64,000 nucleotides of DNA from Chrysomallon squamiferum (GCA_012295275.1 CM022670.1:36518001-36582000), one strand, 5' to 3'; numbered from the stretch's first letter, positions 1-13,427 are shown. The notes: a model not told the origin generated them from the sequence alone. A program made the numbers and translations.

Positions 1-105
1 TTGTGCCTACGTCCCACTTTTCGTACAGCCCAGTTTGCTTGGTTCAAGGACGCTGTCCTAGGCACATACCTCAGGTCTGGGTTGGAGCCGGTACCGCCTT
101 AACAC
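1..105 (-). mobile_element. Fragment of a SINE-like interspersed repeat (truncated by window edge)
   Basis: GC-richer island; the reverse complement contains GGTACCGGCTCCAACCCAGA...CTGAGGTATGTGCCTAGGACAGCGTCCTTGAACC, which resembles a gastropod SINE I recall; not verified. Confidence 0.35.
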
Positions 106-111
106 TTCAAT

Positions 112-472
112 GGCTGTCACATATTTATGCTTCTTAATGATCGCCTGTAATCTTAGTATTAATAGTATCATTTAAATAATTTTCTCATAAATGCATATTA
201 TACGGTCTTAGTGTTTTGACAGTCCCATGGTAGATTATATGAGTCCTTTACACAAAATGCATCAAAGAACATTATCACATTATTAAAACAAATACCTGAT
301 TGTTATAATTCGTACCAAGTACAATTTATAATACACTAATTTGGAAAGACAATTTGGCGCACTGAAATGTTTACAAAGATGAGCTCAACATTTCAGGGGC
401 TGTCACATAATTATGCTTCTTAATGATCGGCTGCAATCTTAGTATTAATATTATTATTTAATAAAATTTTCT
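112..472. repeat. ~75-bp imperfect direct repeat (112-185 and 398-472) downstream of CARD gene copy 1
   Basis: ggctgtcacatatttatgcttcttaatgatcgcctgtaatcttagtattaata vs ggctgtcacataattatgcttcttaatgatcggctgcaatcttagtattaata. Confidence 0.85.
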
Positions 473-510
473 TTCTTTTTGAACGATGACCGTGATAATG
501 TTTTTTGATA

Positions 511-966
511 TTATATTCTGCTGAGTGTTTTGTCATTTTTCATCAGCAACTCCTTGTTGTAGTTCACCGCTGTGAGTATTGTGGACAATAGTCTTGTAAT
601 GTCCACATCGTTCTCATTCAGACTGAGAGATTCATTAACAGTTGTTAATTCGGGTTGCAATGAACGCTGCACAACTGTTTTATATTCCATATTTAGTGTG
701 CCCGTAAGAGTCGTCAATTCTTTTAGTTCATCTGAATAATGGAAACAAATACAACAACAATAATAATAATAATCATAATAATAATAATAATAATAATAAT
801 AATTATAATAATAATAAAAATTACAATAGAACAATAAAAAATTAAGTAAATAATTAAATAAAAATATTAATAAATTGTGCAATAAATCGAAAGCGCAAAC
901 TGGACGTAAAAATAAAATAAATAAATAAGATCAACTGATCAATCGATGAAAAAATAAATCTATTCA

Positions 967-1025
<59 letters not shown>

Positions 1026-3452
1026 TAAAATATGGATATAAATAAATAAATAAATAAATAAATAATAATTTGAAAAATTAATACCAGCGTAGGGTACATT
1101 TATTCTTACCTAGAAGTATTTCAGCAAGATGATGTTGACCAGTTTTGATCAAAGCGTCCACCAAGCAGTCGAAAGCTTTCTCTCCAAACAGAGGAAGGAT
1201 GTCGACGAGACGTCGAAACGTTTCTGTTCTTGTCTCTGGACTGAGAATGTAATCAACATCACAAAGTGACAACACAGCATGGTCACGCAGGTGTGATACC
1301 ACGTAGCTTACAAATATGTCTGCTTCAAGTCTGCTGTACGCCTTTTCTATAGCAGTTGTGTGATGAGGAGGCATTAAACCATCTTTAAAAAAAGTAAAAT
1401 ATATATAAATAATAATAATAATAAATAGTTTAGAAAAGAATAATAATCCGTTTAAAAGAAAACGATAATAATTTGTGAACATTCTTTCCACATTCTGTAT
1501 TACAAACAGTAACAAAAACGCTAATAGTCACATTTATGTTTTATAACACGTGAAAACCAGTAATTAGACACCTTACCGGAGAATGGACAGATAGATAATC
1601 TTTGACAAGCTGAAATCAGATCAGCGACAGACTGTGACGTTTTGTTCCATTCGTACAGCACGTCCCAGAAAACTTTTCCACTTTCTTCATTAACTAATTT
1701 CTCCACTGCACTGCTGTTTAAGCCTAGAGCTAAACCAAACTTCATGACTTTATCTTTGTCGTCTGGAAAAACACGTGAATAATCAATTAAAACTAACAAA
1801 AAATTATAAATAGACAATGAACGGAAAAAAAAGATGAAAAGCACAACAAAAAAAAAACAACAACAACAACGGCGACAACAATTTGAAATTAAATACAAAG
1901 AAAACGCTGTAGGAAATTTAATAATAGTCAATAGTTCTTAAATTAATTTATGACTGATGATTCCACTGCGATGACTGTATTGCTATTTGTAAAAAGAAGA
2001 AGAAAAAATAAAAAATAAATAATAATAATAATAATAATAAAAAGTAATATAAAATAAAAATAAAAATAAATAAACATATAAATAAAAATAAAAATAAATA
2101 AACATATAAATAAAAATAAAAATAAATAAACATATAAATAAAAATAAATCTTTAATTGTAAAAAATAAATTAAAAAAATAAAAATAAAAATAATAAAAAG
2201 GAAGGGTTTGGCTTCGTATTTGGTTGTAAACATACCTAACTTTTTTTCAATGCGAAATGCAAATCCTAAAACGTGTGCAGGCAGATTGTTGTGATTCACA
2301 TTTGATCGTTTGCTTTCTGCCAGAAGTTCTGTTAACTTGCTGCTGATCTCTTCTGTGGATTCCTGCACACTATCCACTGCTTGACGAATGTCGGTCTGAC
2401 CTTTATTAATTTCGTTCACCTGCAATGAACTAAGTGAAATGAATATTTTCCATTATATAAACGAAGAAAAACCTCGTTTAGAAAATAAATGACTTATTAG
2501 TAATCTTTCATTCCAGATTGTTTTCTTTATTTGTTTCTGTGGTAAAAATTATACAATACATTTTAGATTTGACGGATTCTAATGATTGTAATAGCATTAT
2601 TCTATTGTCAGACTTTGTTTCAAGCAATAACATGTCAAAAATCTTTCAAGCATAAAGTATTTTTAGACCATTTATTGATATTTATTTACAAAAAGGATCT
2701 CCTTAAGTTATTTCGATGCAGATACTTATAAGTGCGCGCAGACACACGAGCATGAAAATGAGAGAGAGAAAAAAGTTTTACTACATGATAATAATTATTA
2801 TACCTACTTTCATTAAAAGATGACTGTGCTGTTTTATTTCTTTCTCAAGGGCCTCTTCTAACGCTTTGCATTGTTGCGTCAACATCTTTATTATGTAATC
2901 TGGTCTTTGTTTCAGACTGTCGTCCCGTTTACTGTCTGCATCAATTTTGTTTTCCAGTCTCTCTAATGTATCAGACAACTTCTTCTTGTCCTCGAATTTA
3001 TTTTTCAGAGTGGAATCCAACCTGTGCACGACCTCGTACATAATCTGATCTGTAGCATCCTTCTTTCTGAGTTTGTCTTCAGTTTCTTTCAGTCTGGCAG
3101 ACAGATCTGTTATTGTCGCTTGTTGTTCTTGCAAACGAAGATTGCAGTTCTCATGGACGTCTCGTTGTAGTTCTGTTGTGACTTGGCTTTGAGTGAAAGA
3201 ACGCCGTGTTTCCTGCGTCGGTCCGGAAACAATTGTTGGTAGGTTTGTTTGACTGGGACTGGCTGCATGTTTTAGGTATTCTAATTCCAATCTCAGTTTT
3301 CTGTTTTCACTCTGCAAAGTGGCAACTAGCTGGACTGCCTCGTGGTAATTTTCAAGTTTATTTTTTGTTTTGTCAGATGATTCACTAGTGCTTTGGTCGT
3401 CTTCACAATTGTCTTTTTTACTTTTCTTTTTGCGAAATGATTTTCGAAACAT
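511..3452 (-). CDS. Coiled-coil/Death-domain-like/CARD protein, copy 1 (intact, ~502 aa); exons 3452-2808, 2419-2236, 1762-1577, 1382-1110, 731-511
   Basis: All introns GT..AG with compatible phases (0,1,1,1); total 1509 nt = 503 codons including stop. Exon 4 is a CARD (MPPHHTTAIEKAYSRLEADI...LVDILPLFGEKAFDCLVDALIKTGQHHLAEILL); exons 2/3 are Death-domain-like (FGLALGLNSSAVEKL...FWDVLYEW...SVADLISACQRL); exon 1 is a heptad-rich coiled coil. Confidence 0.85.
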
Positions 3453-3656
3453 TATAACATGCCGTAGTAATGGTATTTATCAGTGAAGCAAACTGAAAAC
3501 TTGCTTATTTCAGTATATTTATCAAGCTTTTTCCTGTTATAAAAATAGCAAATCAAATGTTATTTAAATCAATAATGTCAATGATGATTTTCTATTATGA
3601 TAATAGTTATAAAAATTATGAGGACGACGATTATGAACATGATAATAATAACTGAA

Positions 3657-3942
3657 ACATAACACAAATTAAATCACCTGGGTAAATAAATATGACGTAC
3701 AAATAAATTGATAATTAAGATAAATAAAACAGTATTCTTCCCGGAGAAACCTGGATATTTATCTTTTCTGAAAACACCAATTCACTGATAACATGTTATC
3801 TGTCACTGTTTTAGTAACTCGTGTATTTAGTAATCTGTAACGTCATCTACAGCAGAGCCGGTTACTCACTTTGTTAGTTCATTATTTTTATTATTACCAG
3901 TTCTATTAAATACCAACAACAGAAGTAATTATTTATTTAGTA

Positions 3943-3980
<38 letters not shown>

Positions 3981-5571
3981 GTTTATTATGTTTATTTATT
4001 TATTTATATAATTTTTTATTTATTATTATTTTAATTGTTTACAAAAATGTATTGTAACCATTTTGCCATCAAGTATATATTTAAAAAAATAAAAAATAAA
4101 AAATAAAACGTTTATGCTGAAATAAAGTGTGTGTGTGTTTGTGTGCGTTAAAGTGAAATAATTAATCATTACAAAAAAAAAGAGACAAATAAAAATAATT
4201 TTCAACATTCATTCATTGCATGTATATTCAAATATATAAACATTAAACGACACAAAATTTCTTTTCCTACGAACGTTTTAACATTCGTGCATGCGCATTT
4301 AAAGCTTGCCAAGTCATGAATATCGTAATTAAGCAGAGCATTGTTTTAAAGATGGACGAATAGTTCATCATTGATTGTGCTTGTTCTCCCATCGATTAAA
4401 GTTATTTTAGCGCTAGGTATCAAAATAATTCAAGGATCTAATATCAAGTGACATATTTCTACATGCTTGTATACATTCAATACAAAGATGGGTTTTGATA
4501 CAACTCAATAAGCATCAGTAGCAAGCTTGAATCGAAAGCACGCTAGACGTTACACACCACTGATCCTATGTATAAAAAATATAAGCAGAAGTGTTAGCGT
4601 GTGGTGTGTAGATTTATCTCTTCCGGCAAACTACTTCACGGGTATCACTTTCCTTTAACGTGTGTCCGATTGGCTACTCCTCCGTCACTTGCCCCGTCTT
4701 TTATCTTTATAGGGGAATGATTTACAACTGAATTTATTCATGCACAATGTCTGTATTATTATTATTATATGTATGTCTTCGTGAACCTCTCCACCTTGAA
4801 CTTCTAGGTCAAGGCCTATGATTTTGTTGTCCTGATTCCTGGCTGTATCATTGGCTATTTTCCAGTTTTCAGGTTTAACGAATGAATTTCAAGTTTCAAA
4901 ACAAGATCATTTCTGATTAGAATTCTAGATACCGACATTTATCTTGCATGAATTAATTTCAAAGCATTCTCCCTACTAGAAAATTTATGTAAACTGGCAA
5001 GTGAGATTTGTTTGTTTCCCGTCGCAATTCCTCTACTACTTTTTTCAAAAATTAATCACAAAGCAAGATAAAGATTGACATAATCCCCTTATATTTTTGT
5101 TAAACTAAAATATTTTTAGATCAACTAAAAATAGGGGGTTAATGACCACATGGGCTCGACAGAGATCTATTCAGTTTAAAGATTTTTCTATTGTTTTTTA
5201 ATTTTAAGAAGATATACATACAGGCGTGTGGTGTGAACATCAAATGTTTCTGTAATAAGATAGAAACAACGAATTTAAATCTAATCATGCTAATGGCGCA
5301 TTTTATAACTGATAATCATAATAAAAATGACTAAATAAATAATTACTTCTGTTGTTGGTATTTAATAGAACTGGTAATAATAAAAATAATTAACTAACAA
5401 AGCTAGTAACCGGCTCTGCTGTAGATGACGTTACAGATTACTAAATACACGAGTTACTAAAACAGTGACAGATAACATGTTATCAGTGAATTGGTGTTTG
5501 CAGAAAAGATAAATATCCAGGTTTACTTTTACGTCATTTTTATTTACCCAGGTGATTTAATTTCTGTTATG
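3657..5571. repeat. Inverted duplication of the copy-1 5' region: arms ~3657-3941 and ~5330-5571
   Basis: cctggatatttatcttttctgaaaacaccaattcactgataacatgttatc... is the near-exact reverse complement of ...gataacatgttatcagtgaattggtgtttgcagaaaagataaatatccagg. Confidence 0.9.
3670..3870 (-). promoter_or_regulatory. Putative non-coding first exon/proximal promoter of copy 1 (homologous blocks at ~15710-15850 and ~30010-30150)
   Basis: Block conserved upstream of all three paralogues, with donor-like GTGA sites and a GATGAC(G/A)T CRE/AP-1-like motif; coding exon 1 is preceded by a conserved TTTTCAG acceptor. Confidence 0.35.
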
Positions 5572-5574
5572 TAC

Positions 5575-7890
5575 CTGATAAACAGCTGTTGTTATTCTAG
5601 ACCACAATCTCAATAATTCCAGCATAGCCGCCGATGCCTTTTGGCAGAAACATGTCTCAGTGAAAGTGAAGGACAATCACTGAAGCACTTGAGTTGTGAA
5701 CCTCCAATTTCGGTAGAGGGGCAGCTTTAGGCCCAGCAGTGTTCTTGGCAGACGATAGCGCCTCAGAAAAACAGGCACACAGAATGTTTACCTAGATATT
5801 ACTTTACTTGTGTGCGCCTTCCACATTTTGCAAGCCTCCTGGCTTTTTCTATGGGATTCTAAAAATGGTTGTCCGTAATGAACACAGACCTGTGCTTCTC
5901 TCTCTACTCAAGGGGATGGTGATGGTATATGCAGAAACAACAGAAACACTTGATGCTAAATATGTACAATTTATTCAAGGAAATGAACAACTGCCGAAGT
6001 ATGAAAGTGTGACGAAACACTTGGACTCGATCTGAGCGCTCGGATAAGAAACAATGACACTAATAACTTTGCTGAGTCTATCATGAAAATGCTCAAGCAT
6101 CAAATTCTGGATTGAACAAAAGTGTATAGTGTGATCCAGCCTGTTGATTTAATGACTACACGTCTAGAGGCTTGTTATGTGCGGCGATTATTAGACATAT
6201 GCAATAACCGTCAGGATGGAGCCCCAAAGTCAAAGTTCCTACCGCATGTCAAAGCTGGTGCCAGGACTGACCAAGAGCGAATCTTTCGTTCCGGTGAGAG
6301 TTAGACAATGTTCAAGTGAAAAAGACGCCAATACAACTTGCACCTTAAATGTGTCACCTTAAATGTGTCATGGACTTGTTGGACTAGAAAAACAGGTAAC
6401 GTCGACGATAGTGGTGGACGCACACCGAGACGTTTCTTTAGTAGCTTATTTTGAGGTGTGAAAAGCTCCCTATGCTATGATTTATAGCGCTTGGGGATTA
6501 TTTTTACGAGAAAGCCTGCCACTAGCTGCATCGATACAAACAATGCTTGAATGAAAAATGAAAGCTGTTTTAGAATAATCATTGCATTACCTGCAATTAA
6601 ATGAATTATAATAGACATGCTTTGTATTTTATTGCACATTTTTGATGACCAAATTTAATGTTATACTCATTTTATATCATTTCAGGCGCACCATGTAACA
6701 CCAATATGTAATTGTCAAGAAGTATGGCATTTCTTCACTGTTGCAACTGGCGGTACACCACCAATGAAGCAACCCATCCCAGTGCCTCTCAACTTGATAT
6801 AAGAGACCGTTGAGGATATAAGAGACCGTGGCCAGGGTTCCGACATAGACATTTCTACCTCAATTATCGATATGGATGTTGCTCCCTCAACCATCGCAAT
6901 AAATTTCCTCCACTTGCATCGAAATCCACAGAATGACTTTCTCCGTCGTAATCGTGATCATCGCCTCATTGCTCAGCACCCGAATAGTGATCATGGTATT
7001 CTTGGTAATGGAGTCGAATTGATCAGTGAACTGAGAAATGAATTTGATACTTTTGAAAAATCGTAACTTGCCGACAAGGACAATTTTGGTAAACCTTTAA
7101 GAACATTTATAAAGCAGGCAAATTCTCTGAAAATTAAATTCGGCACTGGAATCCGCACTACAGTGCTTTGGTAAGTACAGTGGGGTGGCCACAATCACAG
7201 GTAAAAGAAAGAAAGATAAATGTTTGGCAAGTTGCAAAACCATTGGGTCCAACCTAGAACACTAGCTAAGGCCAGAAATGGCGTTGGTAGAGATCGACCA
7301 GTGTGTTCAGGTAGCGAGCGATAAGCCACACAGAGAGAAAGGAGGTTTGAAATGGATACTTTACTCTTCCCAAGTAATGCCAAGGATAAAACAGCACCAT
7401 AGTTTATCTAGACGTGTGGAAAGATATGAAGCATTAGGGAAGACACACTCCGCAAAGTAATCTGCATGGACCTTGCTCGTGTTGCGAGAGATGACACTGA
7501 ATATGCGTTGCTCTGCAAAATAATGTGGAACCTTCCTTGGATGAGAAATCATGGCCTTATTTAAATGACCATAATCACCTCTGAAACAGTAGATACAGTG
7601 TAGACTTATCAAGAATACAACGTAACTAAATTAATCACTTTGAAGTTTTATCTTTGTTTTGTTTTAGCTTTTGATGCCTTTCTCCCCATACAAAAAATTC
7701 GTTTCTAATAGTTTATCCAGGTTTGGGACACTTTTACTTGGTCACTCTCTAGTGTTTGCCGATTGTGCTCCTCAAAGTGTGACAAGGTTCAGAAAGGTCA
7801 TTGTAATACAGAAGGAAAAGAATGTGAAGTAAAAATGCTCGGTTTCGCAATGATGGGACTCAGGGAAACTTTTTCTGGGCCACCCTGTAA
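5575..7890 (+). mobile_element. Decayed MULE/Mutator-type DNA transposon (SWIM-associated class)
   Basis: Frame-broken translation GPAVFLADDSASEKQA...LLVCAFHILQASW (MULE D and CxxH motifs), then NNFAESIMKMLK...KVYSVIQPVDLMTTRLEACYVRRLLDICNNR, and C-terminal HSLSRRVERYEALGKTHSAK*; many stops and frameshifts; ends GGCCACCCTGTA. Confidence 0.75.
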
Positions 7891-8119
7891 TTTGTGTTTT
7901 AACACACACACACTTTATTTCAGCATAATATTTTAATTTTAATCTTTTTTAAATAAATAAATAAATTATAACACTAGATTTCTTAGCAAAATGGTTGTAA
8001 ATAATAAACTAAGTAAATAAGTAGGTAAATAAGTAAATAAGTCAGTAAATAAATAAATAAACAAATAAAGCAATTTGATTATGGCAGTACCGAAATTAAT
8101 ATAAAAATGACTAATTTAA

Positions 8120-8313
8120 AGTTATACTCATTTTATATCATTTCAGGGGCACCATGTAACACTAATATCTAATTGTCAAGAAATATGGTATTTCTTCACT
8201 GTTGCAACTAAAGAAATGAAGTATTAGGGAAGACACACTCCGCAAAGTAATCTGCATGGACCTTGCTCGTGTTGCTAGAGATGACACTGAATATGCGTTG
8301 CTCTGCAAAGTAA
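8120..8313 (+). repeat. Internally deleted duplicate of the MULE relic (joins 6660-6748 to 7420-7523)
   Basis: gttatactcattttatatcatttcagg...cactgttgcaact fused directly to aaaga(a/t)atgaag..ttagggaagacacactccgcaaagtaatctgc. Confidence 0.85.
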
Positions 8314-8334
8314 TCTAAGTAGATACGCGAAAAG

Positions 8335-8451
8335 GTGATATTTATGACGTGGCAAGGAGCATGTGCGCATACGCAAATGTCAAAAAGTTGGTAGGAAAAT
8401 AAATATTGTGCGGGTAATGTTTTAATATTTGAATATATATGCAATGATGAA

Positions 8452-8494
<43 letters not shown>

Positions 8495-8702
8495 TTTTTT
8501 ATTATTTTTATTTTTTTTTTTTTTTTTTTATTATTATTATTTTTTTTGTAGTTATGAATTATTTCATTTTAACACACACTTTATTTCAGCACAATATTTT
8601 AATTTTTTAATTTTTTTGCAAATAAATAAATTACTACACTAGATTTATTGGCAAAATGGTTGTAAATAATTAACTAAGTAAATAAGTAGGTAAATAAATC
8701 AG

Positions 8703-8733
<31 letters not shown>

Positions 8734-8830
8734 AGCAATGTGATTACGGCACCACTAAAAGTAATATAAAAATGAATAAATAAATAAATAATTACTTCTA
8801 TTCTTGTTAGTTAATAGAATTGTCAATAAA
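8335..8830. repeat. Older inverted copy of ~3885-4325 (copy-1 upstream DNA); a further partial copy at ~7900-8110
   Basis: gatatttatgacgtggcaag...gtaggaaaataaatattgtg...tttgaatatatatgcaatga matches the reverse complement of 4210-4325 with substitutions. Confidence 0.75.
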
Positions 8831-10194
8831 ATAAATAATTAATAAACAAAATAAATAAATAAATGAACAATGTTACTATTTATAAACGATGCAACTATTA
8901 AGATTTTAGCAATAAAGGTAACTAACTATATAACGCACCTAAGAAGACTGATTGTTTGACCCTTGGCAAAACGCTGAACACGAGTTACTACTTACAGTTG
9001 TTAAACATGACACACGTTCCGACTACGAGGAGTAACAACCCATGCAAAGATATCAAATTATTTTTAAAGAACCCCAACAAATAAAAATGGCCGTTATACG
9101 GTTTTTTCCACGTTAAAAATATATGTAAATCTAAGGTAAAATTGCTTTAAAATGTAAAGGCTGTTCTGTTCGTTGTGTAAGTAAAATATACAGTAAATAT
9201 ATTGATATATAAATAGATGATTATATAAGGTCACATGCCATTTTACATAGAAACTTTATATATTATATCGTAATGTATTTAGCCAGCAAAATTTTTTTTT
9301 TTTTTAAATCGAATTAAAATGCAGGTGTAAATAAATAATTTTTTGTGTGAGGCATATGAAGTGTTGTTGTGTTTTTGTTGTTTATTTTAAATATTTTGAT
9401 AATAATTCGATAAGCCTTACCTGTCGCAATCACTTCCTGATCGTTATCTCATGGATTTCCCATATCTTACAAAAATAAACCTTTGACCGTCACGTAAGAA
9501 ATTGATCTGATTGGCTCATAAAACAACAGGTGACATTCTCTTGTGAGTGCTTCTTTATGTTAACCTACTTTAGTTACGTGTCTGTCTTTTAAATCAAATT
9601 TTATTATTTAGTTTGCAAGTATCCCTTTACAATAACTACTTCTATCGCCAAGATTACTCATAATAAAAAAAAAAAAAAAGAAAAAGAAAAAAAGAAAAGA
9701 AAAAGAAAATGAAAACAGAAGAAAATGTTTAATGATATCATATTTCTTTATTAAACGTTATAAGATGTCGTAACTTTTTTATTAAGATTTTGTAATTTCT
9801 TCTGTTTAGACAATGTAGGAAACCCGCTTCAGATCAGCACGATTTGCTGTGATTGGTTTGCGAAGGTTTGATTTTTAATAAGGCGATAATGAAATACTGG
9901 TTAGAACTGGAATTATCGCAGTGGAAGCGATAAATATAATTGATCCTAATACATCCTCGACCAGCGTTTTACTATCTTATTAATTACTTTTAACGATAAT
10001 TCAGAATTATTCAATACACATTCATTTTTTTTTACCTTATTTATGTTCTTATGTTAATAGACATTATTTTAATTTTTGTGTTGTGTTGAAAGCAGTTAGA
10101 ATTTGGTAACGAATGTTTCCGGGGGGGGGGGCGCGAAATTCCACTAAAAATATATGTGAATGTGAAATACTAATAATTATATGTTTGTTTTCAG

Positions 10195-10594
10195 TTCACT
10201 GTTATAACGTACATTCTGAGTCTTGGCTGGATTGTGATAATGTGTATTTCTATCATCCCAGTTATTTGTATGCTTCTATTTTCTCCATCTGTGACACTGA
10301 AGTTTAGAACAGAAATGCAAACACCCTTACTTACTGCTTCAACCTGACTCAGTTTGGTAAGTCATTTTATTGTTGTCTCTGTCTGTCCTTTATTCGTATA
10401 ATTTACCGAATTTTGAAATACGGATTGAACTTTTTAAAAATAAATGATATAATTGTCTGGCAGCAAACTATACACGCATTAAGATTTCAAAGGAGTTGAC
10501 CGAGTACAGAGATGCTGTTGAAATGGAAGAACTAGAACTGAACAGCATTCACGACACAAGTCAGAAGGGACCTCCACCTTATTTAGGCCGTTGA
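10195..10594 (+). pseudogene. M6/proteolipid (GPM6/PLP family) pseudogene fragment A: TM3 exon 10195-10356 and terminal exon remnant ~10454-10594
   Basis: FTVITYILSLGWIVIMCISIIPV(fs)LYASIFSICDTEV*NRNANTLTYCFNLTQFG matches PLP/M6 TM3 and the CxDxRQFG motif; terminal CLAANYTRIKISKELTEYRDAVEMEELELNSIHDT resembles the M6 tail; frameshift and stop present. Confidence 0.8.
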
Positions 10595-12210
10595 TGGAAT
10601 GTTCAAGAAAAATATAACATTGATGTGAAAATGTTTTGAAAACACTTTCTTTTGAGATGAAAAATTTCGTAATTCCCTTCTACTTACAGAACAAGTAGCC
10701 ATCAATTAGACAATTAACTCAAAGTATCCTGTAACAAGATGAGTATGAACATCTACTCACACATCTATGGGTTCAGTAGTTGTAACCGACAAAACCTTTT
10801 ATTACAGTTTTAATAATTAATTATGAGAATCAAACTGTATTCATCTATCCCTGTAGATTTTAAATTTCTTAGATGAATTGTGAAAAGTAAATTTCATAAA
10901 TTTATTAGAGATCATTATTATCAAAATCAGGTGTCAAGTTGAGACACATGAATAAAAATGCGTCTTTGATTGACATATTTATACATTTCTTTTGATTTAT
11001 AACATTTTCTGCAGTGCTTATTTAGCGTCATTTTGTAATTTGACAGTGGCATATAGCAGAGCTGGTTTATTTTCTTTTTAAGTTGTTTTACAAAAATAGT
11101 AGGATAATGACTAGGAAAATGTTTGAATGGTTCCAGCCGACAGAACCACACAAAAGGTGACTCCTGATGCATATGTATTTTGGTGATTAGATGTCTCTAA
11201 ACCTTCATTCTTCATTCATTTTAGTACTCAAAAATACATTTGATATAATGCAATTAACTTACTTGCTTTATTATGTTCCTGTTTTGGTGGATGTGATTTT
11301 ATTGAACATACATTTTTCACATATCATAATGTACTGCTTCAGAATATTTGATCAGTTATTAAAATCAATTGATACTATTATTTTTCGATAGTTGCTCTAA
11401 CGTTTGGCCAAGAATTCTTTTATAATAAAAGAAACATTTTTTATCCATTTTATTTATTTATTTATTTAAAATGTTTTTATATATACATTTCTATTCTTGT
11501 ATTTCATCATGTTAAACAAAATTAAAACTCATATTAGATGATAAAATATATGATTTTTGAAAGAAAATATTACATTTTCACAATAATTATAACACTTTCT
11601 ACAGAATATTGCAAAAGCCTTAAACTAATATACTTTTTATTTATTTATTTATTTATTTATTTATTTGCTTGACATCATTATTCAACAGTTACTTTTATTA
11701 CAGATTTTGAATGCCATTTATTTTTTATAAATATATATAAATTTTATTTTATGGTATATACACTGAAAAGATAAACCTAATCAAGTTTTTAAAATAAAAT
11801 ATTAGGGAATATTAATAATTCTTTCTCTCAATATATTCCAAAAGTTTTGTAAATTGCAAGTTGTTATAAATCTAGGTTTATATATTTGTCTATACTTAAT
11901 GGATAACATGTTTTAACATTAGAAGATAAAGTTTCCAAGTAAGAGATGATTTTAAAAAATTGATATTTAAATGATTTGAAAATATCTATCAGTTTATGCC
12001 ATGAATATTTACTATTTGTAGATTTCATTAGTCTTTGTATCTTTTATAATAATCAGATGTTGATATATTGTTGTATTAACATTTTTAAATGTATCTTTTA
12101 CATAATACATTGTTTTCAGAAATAAACATTTTTATATGGCATTTTATGTTTGTGATTTTTTTTATCCTTTCAGATGAAATACATTGCATTCTGATTAACT
12201 AAAAAAATTA

Positions 12211-12308
12211 CTAAGTTCTTTGTATTTCACTTTCCAGTTGTTTCTCATATTCTTCCCTATTTAGTGTGTCCGAAACAGGAGTCAGTTTCTTTAATTCAAC
12301 TGAAGAAG

Positions 12309-12342
<34 letters not shown>

Positions 12343-12576
12343 TAAATGAAAGTAGAAAAAAACCCAGAATAAATATAAGATAAAACTAAATACATTAAAA
12401 AAAAAAAAAAAAAACAATTTAAATAAATTAATTAAATAAGTCGTATATAATTTCCTCTAATATTTTTGGCAGTCTATATTTTATTGTTATTTTGTCGCAA
12501 CGAAGTAAGTGTCATATTGAATGTTATGTATAAATCCATTTTTTGTGATCGTGGACCAGATCGTGACTCCCTGTCA

Positions 12577-12612
<36 letters not shown>

Positions 12613-12815
12613 GAGAATATGCATAATCTTACCTGACAGTATCTTAGCAAGATTTTGACCTGACTTGGCCAAAGCTTCCACAAAGCAGTCGAAAGCTTTC
12701 TCTCCAAACAAAGGAAGGTATATTACTACATGGACTACAAATATGTCCTTTGCAAGTCTGCTGTATGCCTTTTCAATAGCTGTGCTGTGATCAGGAGGCA
12801 TTAAACCATCTTTGA

Positions 12816-12857
<42 letters not shown>

Positions 12858-13388
12858 TATTATTATTATTATAAATAGTTTAGAAAATAATAATAATATG
12901 TTTTAAAAAAGAAAACGGCAAAAATTTGTGAACATTCTACGATTCTTGTTATATTCTGTTTTACAATTTCTTTGAAGAAAAACCCTGAAATAGTAAGATT
13001 TATATAAATAGCACATGGAAAACAGTAACTGTACACAAACGAGCAACAAATATATTTCACTGATAATAAGCCAATCTTACCGGAGAATGGACAGATAGAT
13101 AATTTTTGACAAGCTGAAATCAGAACAACGACAGACTGTGACGTTTTGTTCCATTCGTACAGCACCTCCCAGAAACCTTTTCCACTTGCTTCGTTAACTA
13201 ATTTCTCCACTGTACTGCTGTTTAAGCCATAGAGCTAAACCAAACTGCTTGATTTTATCTTTGTTGTCTGCAGAAGCACGCGAATAATTAAATAAAACAA
13301 ACAAACAAACAATAAAAAAAACCCCAAAAATTCAAAAACGACAACCCCCTGAAAAAAAGAACATTCAGCCACAATGTCGACAACCAAA

Positions 13389-13427
<39 letters not shown>

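Noticed and set aside
854-1099. Poly-Tyr/Leu/Phe ORFs (also 1948-2133, 15501-15758, 55260-55538)
   Set aside because: Translations of (TAA)n and (TAAA)n microsatellites and T-rich tracts, mostly intronic.
2050-2150. ~29-bp tandem repeats (aaataaaaataaataaacatata) resembling a spaced array
   Set aside because: Low-complexity intronic minisatellite with no unique spacers; not CRISPR, and the context is eukaryotic.
10450-10800. Conserved duplicated block first suspected to be an ncRNA
   Set aside because: It is the terminal coding exon and 3' UTR of the M6 pseudogene.
12474-12575. Possible extra exon after the CARD exon in copies 2 and 3 (cacgatctggtccacgatcac)
   Set aside because: Reading frame and acceptor are not conserved between the copies, and it is absent from copy 1.
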